A stretch of DNA of 62,741 bases, filler included. It is 8 parts of 8 records of this genome, joined end to end, with 100 filler letters (N's around TTAATTAATTAA, not from the genome) between each part and the next. Parts side by side here need not be neighbours in the genome. Positions count along the whole stretch, not along the records: positions 49,750 to 56,822 come from SRR31147125_10323; positions 56,923 to 62,741 come from SRR31147125_10341; 6 more parts are not named here. One strand, given 5' to 3'. Positions 54,164 through 62,741 of this stretch are shown in pieces; position 1 is the first letter of the stretch; each line of letters begins with the position of its first letter. The notes beneath the pieces were generated by a model that saw only the letters and a list, made by a program, of their open reading frames with translations, was not told the DNA's origin and made no database searches. A program made the position numbers and the translations under genes.

Positions 54164-55434
54164 AAACATTAACTATTGCGTATAAATTATTTAAGAAGCA
54201 GTTAAGCTCTAATATTATAATTATAATTTTCTTAGCATTGCTTTGCTCTGTATCAATTTACCTCTACAATCAATATGATCAAAGAACAGCTTGCTATTCA
54301 ACGTTTAATAATAGTGATTATAATATGCTTTATGTAAATGTTCCTAGTGAATTTTTTTTCAGCCCAAGTATTTCTAAATATACAGAACTGCAAAATGAAT
54401 TATATGTTCAAGCAAAAGAATCGGACGGATACATTGGTACTTCTACATCTTTTGAAGCATACGTAAAAATAAACAAAAGTAAATCAGAGGAAGAAAGATT
54501 CAGTAGTATATATATGATTGATGAGATTACCTCAAAAGCGATTAAATACAATCTAAAGAAAGGCAGCTGGTTATCTGAATCCAGTACAGTGAACGGAATG
54601 CAGCCTTGCATAATTGGAGGAAATAACTCGGATAAATACAGTATAGGAGATGTTTTAAATATCACATTTTTAAAAGAGATTAATGACAATGGTATGTATA
54701 CAATGGAAGAGACAGAATCCATAAAATATTATGTATCTGGAATATTCAATGATAAACAGCAGTTTTTCAATATATCTACTCAAGCCTCTACAAGTCCTTT
54801 GCCGCTGAGTGATTATTTTAGATATGCAGGAGATGTAGATTTGTATATATGGTCGGAGCATGATTTAACATACAGTCAAGCTGAAAAAATTATGAGCTAT
54901 AACATAAATTCAGCACCTGTGATGTATTTTGACAAATCACTTTCACGTGAAATGATAAATGAAGTCATAAGAGATATTAATGCTGTCAACTTATTTAGCC
55001 ATCATGATTTAATGGCTGAAGAAAAATTACAGATAGTAAAAGATTATGAATTCATTTTGCCGACCTTGGCTATATGGGCAATTGTATCCATTGTGGGTAT
55101 TTATTCAATGTGTCTATTAAATGTATTTGAGAATTACAAAACATATGCTATATTCTACTTATGTGGTTGCTCTAAAAGTAAAAACATTATTATTATTGCA
55201 ATATATTCATCGTTTTTTATGATCTTTACACTTGCGCTTGTTGGAATAATATATTGTATATTTGCTTATATTATAAAAATACAAGACCCTTATATATTAC
55301 AATATATATATCTGAAATTTAATCATGTTGCAGGTATTATATTATTATGTTTTTCAGTATCTCTTCTTTCATTCATTACTCCGTTTTTTTTACTGAGAAA
55401 AATGAGTGTTGCAAAGCAATTAACTGTAGAATAA
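54160..55434 (+). CDS. FtsX/MacB-like ABC permease
   Basis: TM-extracellular domain-3TM topology; YAIFYLCGCSK motif. Confidence 0.7.
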   Translation: MKTLTIAYKLFKKQLSSNIIIIIFLALLCSVSIYLYNQYDQRTACYSTFNNSDYNMLYVNVPSEFFFSPSISKYTELQNELYVQAKESDGYIGTSTSFEAYVKINKSKSEEERFSSIYMIDEITSKAIKYNLKKGSWLSESSTVNGMQPCIIGGNNSDKYSIGDVLNITFLKEINDNGMYTMEETESIKYYVSGIFNDKQQFFNISTQASTSPLPLSDYFRYAGDVDLYIWSEHDLTYSQAEKIMSYNINSAPVMYFDKSLSREMINEVIRDINAVNLFSHHDLMAEEKLQIVKDYEFILPTLAIWAIVSIVGIYSMCLLNVFENYKTYAIFYLCGCSKSKNIIIIAIYSSFFMIFTLALVGIIYCIFAYIIKIQDPYILQYIYLKFNHVAGIILLCFSVSLLSFITPFFLLRKMSVAKQLTVE

Positions 55435-55504
55435 TACAACAATAAACAACTAAAATATTATGAAGTAAGGCAATATGTCACACAAATAAGTAAAAGGAAT
55501 AAAA

Positions 55505-56194
55505 GTGATTATGATAAATATTAACAGAGTTACAAAAACATACAATAGAAATAAACTAAACCAAATTATTGCATTGAAAGATATTTCTCTTGATATAGAG
55601 AAAGGAGAAATGGTCAGCATTATGGGACGTTCAGGTGCAGGGAAATCAACACTCTTACATTTGATGGCCTGCATAGAAAAATTTGATAAAGGCAAGTTGC
55701 TTATTGATAATACTAATGTGTCTGATTTAAATGATAAGGATTTGTCAAAGATTAGAAATAATAAAATTGGTATAGTATTACAGGATTTCTCGTTAATGGA
55801 TAATGAAACGGCATTATATAACGTAATGATGCCTTTATATTTTTCAAAGCAGCCTTTAAAAACATTTAAGCAAAAAGCAATGAATGTATTACATCATTTA
55901 AAGATAGAAGAGTTAATGAATAGAAAAGTTAATGAAATGTCAGGAGGCCAAAAACAACGTGTAGCTATTGCGAGAGCAATTGTAAACAATCCTGATATAC
56001 TACTGGCGGACGAGCCTACTGGGTCACTTGATGTAAAAACTTCAAATGAAATAATGAAGCTAATACAAGAACTAAATAAAGACGGTAAAACGATAATTAT
56101 TGTAACACATGAGAAAGAAATATCTGCTTATTGCCAAAGAAACATTTTTATAGAAGATGGTAATATTGTGGATGATATTTATCACAATCCTTGA
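55505..56194 (+). CDS. ABC transporter ATPase (MacB/LolD type)
   Basis: GRSGAGKST, MSGGQKQRVAIARA, ADEPTGSLD, VTHE. Confidence 0.93.
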   Translation: MIMININRVTKTYNRNKLNQIIALKDISLDIEKGEMVSIMGRSGAGKSTLLHLMACIEKFDKGKLLIDNTNVSDLNDKDLSKIRNNKIGIVLQDFSLMDNETALYNVMMPLYFSKQPLKTFKQKAMNVLHHLKIEELMNRKVNEMSGGQKQRVAIARAIVNNPDILLADEPTGSLDVKTSNEIMKLIQELNKDGKTIIIVTHEKEISAYCQRNIFIEDGNIVDDIYHNP

Positions 56195-56230
56195 ATAAAA
56201 GAATTAATGCAGAAGTCAGCACTGAATAAC

Positions 56231-56606
56231 GGTTCTGGTGTAAATCAAATATAATGTAAAGTAAATAGGAATATGATATAATTCTTTTATGTGTAAGAGG
56301 GTATTTAAAGCATTCATTAAGCTTCAGAGAATTAGAAGAAATGATGATAGAGCGAGGAATTGATGTAAGCATTCAAAAATATTGAGACATATAAATATTC
56401 GCCAATAATCGAAGAGAGAATACGAAAACATATTAAACTAAAAAACCATTCATGGCGAGTGGATGAAACATATATCAAAATCAAAGGTAAGAATGCATAT
56501 GGGATTGCTGAGTAATAATATTATTCAACAACCCCATAGAAGCAGCATAGGATATTGGCAGCAACCCAGTGATTTTTTAGCTTTAAAAATTATTTGCACC
56601 AGACCC
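56231..56606 (+). mobile_element. Internally deleted IS6-family element (transposase pseudogene) with both terminal inverted repeats
   Basis: Left GGTTCTGGTGTAAA, right TTTGCACCAGACCC; translated fragments DIILLCVRGYLKHSLSFRELEEMMIERGIDV, SWRVDETYIKIKGK, NNIIQQPHR. Confidence 0.85.
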
Positions 56607-56749
56607 GATTTTTCTATATATAACATTTTGATTTCAGTTTTTATTGTTTAAAAATTCACATTATACTTTGCGTTAATAAACCTGCGACATAGCGAATATT
56701 ATCTTTTAAAAAACATGTCAGAATATGAATAAATAATGCAAGTAATTCT

Positions 56750-56777
56750 TTGATTATTATTTGCATTGTGATATAAT
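56750..56777 (+). promoter_or_regulatory. Sigma-A-type promoter for the tRNA
   Basis: TTGATT-N16-TATAAT with extended -10 TG. Confidence 0.6.
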
Positions 56778-56794
56778 ACTTGTTGTGTTATCGT

Positions 56795-56822
56795 GCACTT
56801 GTAGCTCAGCGGATAGAGCGTT
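56795..56822 (+). tRNA. 5' part of a tRNA, probably tRNA-Arg, truncated
   Basis: GCACTTGTAGCTCAGCGGATAGAGCGTT matches a tRNA-Arg acceptor stem and D arm; anticodon not present. Confidence 0.75.
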
Positions 56823-56922
56823 NNNNNNNNNNNNNNNNNNNNNNNNNNNNNNNNNNNNNNNNNNNNTTAATTAATTAANNNNNNNNNNNNNNNNNNNNNN
56901 NNNNNNNNNNNNNNNNNNNNNN

Positions 56923-57789
56923 ATATCCAATTTCCTGGTCGCCAAACGAATCGAATATGGCCAGATACCTACCGTCGCTAAGTTGAGATATAACAGCATT
57001 TTCCATAAACTCATCAACTATTGGCAACGGGTTAAATTCTTCCGGCATTCTCGTCCATGGACCTTCAAGCTCTTTTGCATATGCTAAACCAGTAGGCCAA
57101 CCTCCCCTGGGAACGTGGTTATGTCCATCATAAAAAGAATACCATGTATTATTTACCTTGTATGGATTAAAACTTGCTACTGCCTGTTGACCTTCCCAGG
57201 GCTGAGTATTTTCATCCGGCTGTAAAACAATGCCCATATCGGCATAAGGGCCACTGATTCCATCAATACCAGTTTTTACAGATTTTGCCCGCCAAATTCT
57301 GCCGCTATAATCAGATCCTGCTTGTTCACCCTTTTCTGAATCTCCCGATCTATAAGCAACATAAAAAAGATTCCATGCATTTTCTTTCTCATTAAACTCA
57401 ACTCCTGTCAACCATAATTCAGACCGTGGATTGGTTGGAGTCCTGTTTGGGATACTTTCGAAAATGGTAGCTTTCCGTTCCCAATTTTCAGCATCACTAC
57501 TTGTCCAGTAAGAAATCCTTAAATCGCGGTGTGGGCGGATGAACATCTCGTTAACAAACATGTGATATGTTCCATCTATTTTCACCAATTGTCCAGTTTC
57601 GAAACCTGATTCATTACCAGATTTTATTACATCCGGATGTTCAGGGCCGATTACGGGGCCTTTATGTGCAGCAATCGTAACCAAATGTTTGCTTTCAGTA
57701 TCATTTTGGCAATAAACTTTTTGACCTCCTCCTATTATCCCAATAAATGTTAACGCTATAATCAGTGTAAGAATGAAAATATTTTTCAT
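56923..57789 (-). CDS. Secreted putative five-bladed beta-propeller glycoside hydrolase, 3'-truncated
   Basis: Signal peptide; blade-like motifs KIDGTYHMF, WNLFYVAY, TWYSFYDG, LEGPWTR, DGRYLAIFD; located in a PUL. Confidence 0.55.
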
Positions 57790-57809
57790 GTTTTTATTTT
57801 TTTATGTAA

Positions 57810-59231
57810 TTATTCTACTTCTATTCTAAAAACAATAGCTAAATCATCGGGGATACGCGCTTTGGGGATAGAGAATTCCAGACCATCATCTTCCAGCGAA
57901 AAAGTACACTCGTCAAGTTTTTTTAAACCAAGCAGTGTTACTGCCTTAATTTTTCCGTCAATTCTTTCAGGTAACACTTCCTTCAATTTTATTGATGTGT
58001 TTAATCCCGGCCATTCATAGAAAATGGCATAAATATTTTTATCTTTTTTTGTGTAAAAAACATCTATTCCATTGGATGTAACTTCATGTGGAACAACATA
58101 CGGTCTTGTTTCATATATTGCTTCGCCATGTGACCACATCCAACGCCCAACCCTGTGCATTATATTTTTTTGATCCTGTGGAATTGTTCCGTCTTCCATT
58201 GGAGAAAGATTTAATAACATTTGACCGTTTTTGCTTACCACATCAATCAATGTTCTTACAATATCTTTTGGAGTACGGCATTGCATTCCTTCGGTATAAC
58301 CCCAGGCATAAGAAATACCCGTTCCGATAGAATAATCGCACAACCAAGGTTTATCCATAAACTCATCAGGATTTGAATTCTCGTGGTCGAGCATTCCCAC
58401 TTCTTTTGGTAAATCTTCGCCTTTGTACGTTACTGCTACTTGTTGACCGTTTGTAGCAGCTTCATTAAAATAGTGTGCCAGATATTTTTTTATATAATCT
58501 TCCGGAATATCATCAAGCCATGCATCAAAATACATAATGTCAGGGTGGTACTTGTCTACTACCTCATTGCATTTGTTTAGCCACATGTCAAGCCACTCAT
58601 TTCTTTCCATCATCGAACCATAGAGTTTTTCGTATTTAGGATCATCAGCAGCCCAACCCTCTTTTATTTCAAGTGCTGTATAGTTAAAAGAATGGTGCAG
58701 GGATGCGAAAAATTTCAGATCTCTATTTTTTATCGCAGCTTCTAATAAACCGACCACATCTTTTTGCGGCCCCATATTTTTAGCATTAAAAGGAGTGAAT
58801 TTACTGTCCCACATGGCAAATCCATCATGGTGTTCAGCTACTATTCCTGCAAAACGGGCCCCACTTTTAATATATAGATCCGCCCATTCATCAGCATCGA
58901 ATTTTTCACCTTTAAACATGGGGATAAAATCGTGGTAGCCAAATTTATCCAGTTCACCATACAAAGCTGCATGGCGCTGATATGTCCCATGTTTGCTATA
59001 CCCCTCATTGTGGTGCATGGTGCGGTAATAATGCTCATTGTTGTAGGCTGGGACAGAATACACACCCCAGTGTGTGTAGATCCCGAATTTAGCATCGCGC
59101 AACCATTCTGGAACGGGTTGGTGATTATAGAGTGACTCCCATTGGGGAGTATATTCTTGATTACTTTGAGAAAAAATATTACCAATAAATGAATTAATAA
59201 AAATTAGAATAGATAATAGATTAAACCTCAT
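57810..59231 (-). CDS. Alpha-L-fucosidase (GH29)
   Basis: PEWLRDAKFGIYTHWGVYSVPA, EHHDGFAMW, YFDAW, DVVSKNGQMLLN, GEAIYETRP. Confidence 0.93.
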   Translation of the reverse strand: MRFNLLSILIFINSFIGNIFSQSNQEYTPQWESLYNHQPVPEWLRDAKFGIYTHWGVYSVPAYNNEHYYRTMHHNEGYSKHGTYQRHAALYGELDKFGYHDFIPMFKGEKFDADEWADLYIKSGARFAGIVAEHHDGFAMWDSKFTPFNAKNMGPQKDVVGLLEAAIKNRDLKFFASLHHSFNYTALEIKEGWAADDPKYEKLYGSMMERNEWLDMWLNKCNEVVDKYHPDIMYFDAWLDDIPEDYIKKYLAHYFNEAATNGQQVAVTYKGEDLPKEVGMLDHENSNPDEFMDKPWLCDYSIGTGISYAWGYTEGMQCRTPKDIVRTLIDVVSKNGQMLLNLSPMEDGTIPQDQKNIMHRVGRWMWSHGEAIYETRPYVVPHEVTSNGIDVFYTKKDKNIYAIFYEWPGLNTSIKLKEVLPERIDGKIKAVTLLGLKKLDECTFSLEDDGLEFSIPKARIPDDLAIVFRIEVE

Positions 59232-59287
59232 AATGTATTTATTTTTTACCGAAAATTTTAAGAAATATTCGAAGATAGTATTTTAAC

Positions 59288-59322
59288 AAAAAGGGAGCAG
59301 TCATAAACAACTACTCCCCTTA
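59288..59322 (-). terminator. Hairpin/terminator between susD and the fucosidase gene
   Basis: Minus strand GGGAGTAGT...ACTGCTCCC followed by TTTTT. Confidence 0.55.
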
Positions 59323-59337
59323 ACTAACTACTAACTA

Positions 59338-60914
59338 TCAATTCGAAACATTATCTGGATTCTGATCCAAAGCAGGATTAGAATCCAAATCGTATTGAGG
59401 GATTTTCCAAAGGAAAGATTTAGAAGGCACAAATTCTAATGGAGTATACATGTTTATTTCGTTCTCAACACCCCATGCAACATGTTTACTAACATTTTCC
59501 CCAATTCTATCTGTGCGTAGGGCATCAAAATACATTTGTACTTCACCAACAAATTCCCATCCTCTTTCTCTATAGATTGAATCGGAAAATGCTTCTTTCG
59601 AAAGTCCGTCCGTTAAATCCGAAAGGTTGGCACGGCTCCTTACTAAATTAATTTTTTCATAAGCATCATCTGTCGCACCGTTTAACTCATTTTCAGCTTC
59701 TGCATAGTTCAGTAATACATCAGCATAACGTAAGATATAAAGGTGGCCACCTGGTTTTTTAAGTTCTGCTGATTCAGGAGTGCGATCATAATATTTAACG
59801 TTTCCTGGGCCACATGTTGTCCATCCTTTAGATCCCGGGTAATAACCGTTATCCTCAACAACAAATTCTAACGTATCAATAACATTAACAGGATTTCCTT
59901 TTTCTGTTTTATAAATAGTTGTTAAAAAAGTTCCTTCCTTTCTTGCATCATTTTCATTATATGTTAGATAGAAATCAATAGAAGGACTAAAGCGTCGGTA
60001 CATGTAACTTCCCAATGTGTATTCTGTAATATTTACCCCCAGGTCGCGATGTCTTGGATTATCTTCTTTTTTGTAATTTCCAAATTGTATATCAAACACA
60101 GATTCAACACCACATTTATTTTCTGTATTCCACCAATACCAAAGATCTTTAAAATCGGGTTCTAAATTATATTCTCCAGATTGAATAAGATCATTGCAAT
60201 ATTGTTTACATTTTGTAAAATACTCAGCATTACCTGTCATACTACCTCGTGTTAGGTATACTTCACCTAACATCCCTTGCGCAGATCCTTTTGATGCTTT
60301 CCATTTTTCAGAATCATCATATTCTGATTTAACCGGAAGCTTATCGATAGCATACTCAAGGTCTGCAATTATTGCATCATAGGTTTCGTCAACAGATTTA
60401 CGTGGAATTTCAAGTCCTTCCAAACCTTCGGTCATTGTTTCAGGAACCGGAACGCCACCAAAAAGCCTTACCAGGTTAAAATAAGTAATTGCCCTAATAA
60501 ACCTTGCTTCTGCATACATTTGTTCTTTTAAATCTTGATCCATATCAATAGACTCACCACGATTTAAAATAATGTTTACAATGTTTATTATTTCGTAGCT
60601 GTCGCCCCATACACCAATAGACATATCGGGGTTATTAACATCAGACCATACATTGTATTTATGTGCATTGTTTTTGGCATAAGCAGGTGAAGCAAATTCA
60701 GTAACACATTCCAATTTGAGTTCCCAACCTCGAGGGTTTCTGCAAAATGCCCCTGGTATCCATCATAAGCTGCGATTAATGCCATGCCTAAATCATCTGC
60801 ATTTCTATAAAAATTATTAGGGGCTAGAAATGTATATGCTTCTTCTTCTAACTCGGTGCAATTGGTTGCAATACCAATTATTGATATAAGTAATAAATAT
60901 TTAATTAATTTCAT
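59338..60914 (-). CDS. RagB/SusD-family outer-membrane lipoprotein; probable frameshift near 60720-60745
   Basis: Lipoprotein N-terminus in ORF 60588-60923 (ATNC...APNNFY); EARFIRAITYFNLVRLFGGVP, RYADVLLNYAEA, ERGWEF, QNP. Confidence 0.92.
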
Positions 60915-60932
60915 TTTTCTCAAGTTTTAATT

Positions 60933-62741
60933 TTAAAAATTAGCATTTATTCCAAATATGGTAGCTTTTGCAAGTGGATATTTTATGTCACCGTTTTCCG
61001 GATTGTATCCCCTGAAATTTGAATAACTAACATAGTTTTGGAGGTTAGCAAAAATGGTAAATCCTTTTATCCAAGTAGACGATTCAAACATAGACGATTT
61101 AAGGTTATAACTAAGTCTGATATTTTTAAGGATGAAGTAATTCCTATTTCCATTTGTCCTGTCTGATAAGTAAACCTCCCTGGCACCTGCACGAGGAAAT
61201 TCCCCGTCTGTGTTACTATTGCTCCACATACGATCATAAGCATATTTTGATGGGATATAATTTCTGTTCTGAATTTGATTCTCGCCATAAAGAAGGTAGT
61301 CTGTTGCAGTAGATGCAATACCTGTTGCTCCCTGTCCGTAAATATCAAGTGTTAATGATTTATATTGTACACTGGTAGATATTCCGTAGAAGAAATCTGG
61401 TTCTGTTGTGCCAATATTAATGTAATCATCTGAATTAATCCTTCCATCAGCTTCATTGTCTGCATACATCTCTTCTCCCAATTCTGCAGTAGGACGAATC
61501 TCTGAATATGCATCAAGATCGGCCTGTGTTTTTATGATACCTTTTGACTCCCTGGCCCATACACTATTTACTGGTTCCCCAACTATTAAAAACTTGGCAA
61601 TCCCTTGTTCTTCACTAACTCTAATCCTTTCTACATTGCCATATAATTCGATTACCTTATTTTTATTTTGAGAAATGTTAACGTTTACATTCCATTTTAA
61701 ATCTCGATCGATGATCCTGGCGTCAGCTGAAAATTCAAAGCCCTGATTTTCGACTTCGCCAATATTTTGGAGCATGCTTGAAAATCCGGAAGTTGTTGGG
61801 ATTGGCACTTTATATAATAAATCTGTTGTATTTCGTTTGTAATAAGCCATGGTTAAACCAATACGATTAAATAAACCGATGTCTAACCCTAAATCAACCT
61901 GAGCTGTTCTTTCCCATTTAAGATCAGGGTTTCCAAGTCCTTCTTTAAATCCAAGTAACGGTGTGCTACCATAAATATATTCAACACTATTTAAACTAGC
62001 TAACGAAGCGTAATTGTCAATTTCCTGGTTACCTGTTATTCCATAACTTGCATGAAGTTTTAAATTTGATAATGCATCAACACCTTGCATAAAGGATTCT
62101 TCATTCATTCTCCATCCCAATCCAAGTGATGGGAAAAACGCCCATTTGTTATTATCACCAAAACGCGAAGAACCATCGTAACGGCCAGTAGCTGTAAGCA
62201 TATATCTATCTTTTAATACGTATGCTGCCCTGGCTGTCCAAGAACTAAGTTTGCTCGAATATTTATCAGTTTCGTAATTAATACTTTCAACATTAGCAAG
62301 CTCCATATTATTGGCACCAGTAACATCCGTTGGGAAGCCAGAACCGGTTAGTTCTAATGATTCATACATATAATCCTGGTATGAATATACACCCGTAGCC
62401 GTTAAACGATGATCTGCAATTGTTTTTGTATATGTTAATACATTTTCCGTTATCCTTGTTGTTTTACGGACATATTCTTGTTCTCCATTACCTCCGGAAC
62501 TCATCCCAGAACTATGATTACTTGTTGCATAATAATACCTTTTTGCATTGCTAATATCAGCACCAAAATTTGAACGGAATGTTAATCCCTCAGCAAGTGT
62601 GAATTCAGCGAATAAATCACCAAGGATACGGTCTGTTGTTGTTTGATCTGTAAGTTCATTTGCATTAGCAACTGGATTCCAGTTTCCTTCAACATATGAA
62701 GAATGTTGCGGATCGAGCGATGCATAATACCAAGAACCATC
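60933..62741 (-). CDS. SusC/RagA TonB-dependent receptor, 5'-truncated at window edge
   Basis: RYDGSSRFG..NKWAFFPS, SYGITGNQ, NPDLKWE, C-terminal Phe; frame continues upstream of 62504. Confidence 0.95.
   Translation of the reverse strand, partial: DGSWYYASLDPQHSSYVEGNWNPVANANELTDQTTTDRILGDLFAEFTLAEGLTFRSNFGADISNAKRYYYATSNHSSGMSSGGNGEQEYVRKTTRITENVLTYTKTIADHRLTATGVYSYQDYMYESLELTGSGFPTDVTGANNMELANVESINYETDKYSSKLSSWTARAAYVLKDRYMLTATGRYDGSSRFGDNNKWAFFPSLGLGWRMNEESFMQGVDALSNLKLHASYGITGNQEIDNYASLASLNSVEYIYGSTPLLGFKEGLGNPDLKWERTAQVDLGLDIGLFNRIGLTMAYYKRNTTDLLYKVPIPTTSGFSSMLQNIGEVENQGFEFSADARIIDRDLKWNVNVNISQNKNKVIELYGNVERIRVSEEQGIAKFLIVGEPVNSVWARESKGIIKTQADLDAYSEIRPTAELGEEMYADNEADGRINSDDYINIGTTEPDFFYGISTSVQYKSLTLDIYGQGATGIASTATDYLLYGENQIQNRNYIPSKYAYDRMWSNSNTDGEFPRAGAREVYLSDRTNGNRNYFILKNIRLSYNLKSSMFESSTWIKGFTIFANLQNYVSYSNFRGYNPENGDIKYPLAKATIFGINANF

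Noticed and set aside
13050-56922. Seven identical TTAATTAATTAA motifs flanked by Ns, resembling a repeat family
   Set aside because: Artificial contig-joining linkers. ORFs that run into X residues and apparent neighbours across linkers are artefacts.
1881-60745. Many split genes (nucleotidase end, M48, lolD, SPOR, oxidoreductase, ABC ATPase, kinase, ylbJ, permease, susD) as pseudogenes or programmed frameshifts
   Set aside because: They occur across unrelated contigs, mostly at homopolymer runs, and include normally essential genes such as lolD; indel sequencing error is the simplest explanation.

Overview
The window is not one locus. It is a concatenation of 8 unrelated contigs joined by 100-bp N/TTAATTAATTAA/N linkers (13050-13149, 20124-20223, 25940-26039, 35749-35848, 41206-41305, 49650-49749, 56823-56922), so gene context must not be read across them. 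Many genes are split by single-base indels, mostly in homopolymers, which look like sequencing errors. Contents: (1) housekeeping block (5'-nucleotidase, M48 protease, clpC, lolCDE-type genes, lysS, alr). (2) A Bacteroidota-type mobilizable element (Toprim, putative oriT, MobC, relaxase) followed by two PqqD/RRE-like proteins, a radical SAM/SPASM enzyme and three tandem Tat-signal proteins. All three share an N-terminal (E/K)PKIYxI motif, and the two complete ones share a CxC-repeat tail ending SYWYPN; in the first, this tail is hidden by a frameshift. This is the stand-out candidate for an undescribed RiPP-like or protein-modification system. (3) Deltaproteobacteria-like tRNA-Ser, argS, SPOR gene, gatCA. 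(4) Firmicute-like envelope genes and a BMP-type ABC importer. (5) Possible Fic fragment, acyltransferase, a degenerate kinase/GGDEF protein and PAP2. (6) Flagellar operon flgH-I-J-N-K-L-fliW-csrA plus TPR proteins. (7) Clostridial patatin and ylbJ, with an ABC exporter bracketed by IS6 remnants next to tRNA-Arg. (8) SusC/SusD/GH29 fucosidase PUL. All calls are from motif recognition by eye; no searches were run, and taxonomic labels are inferred.
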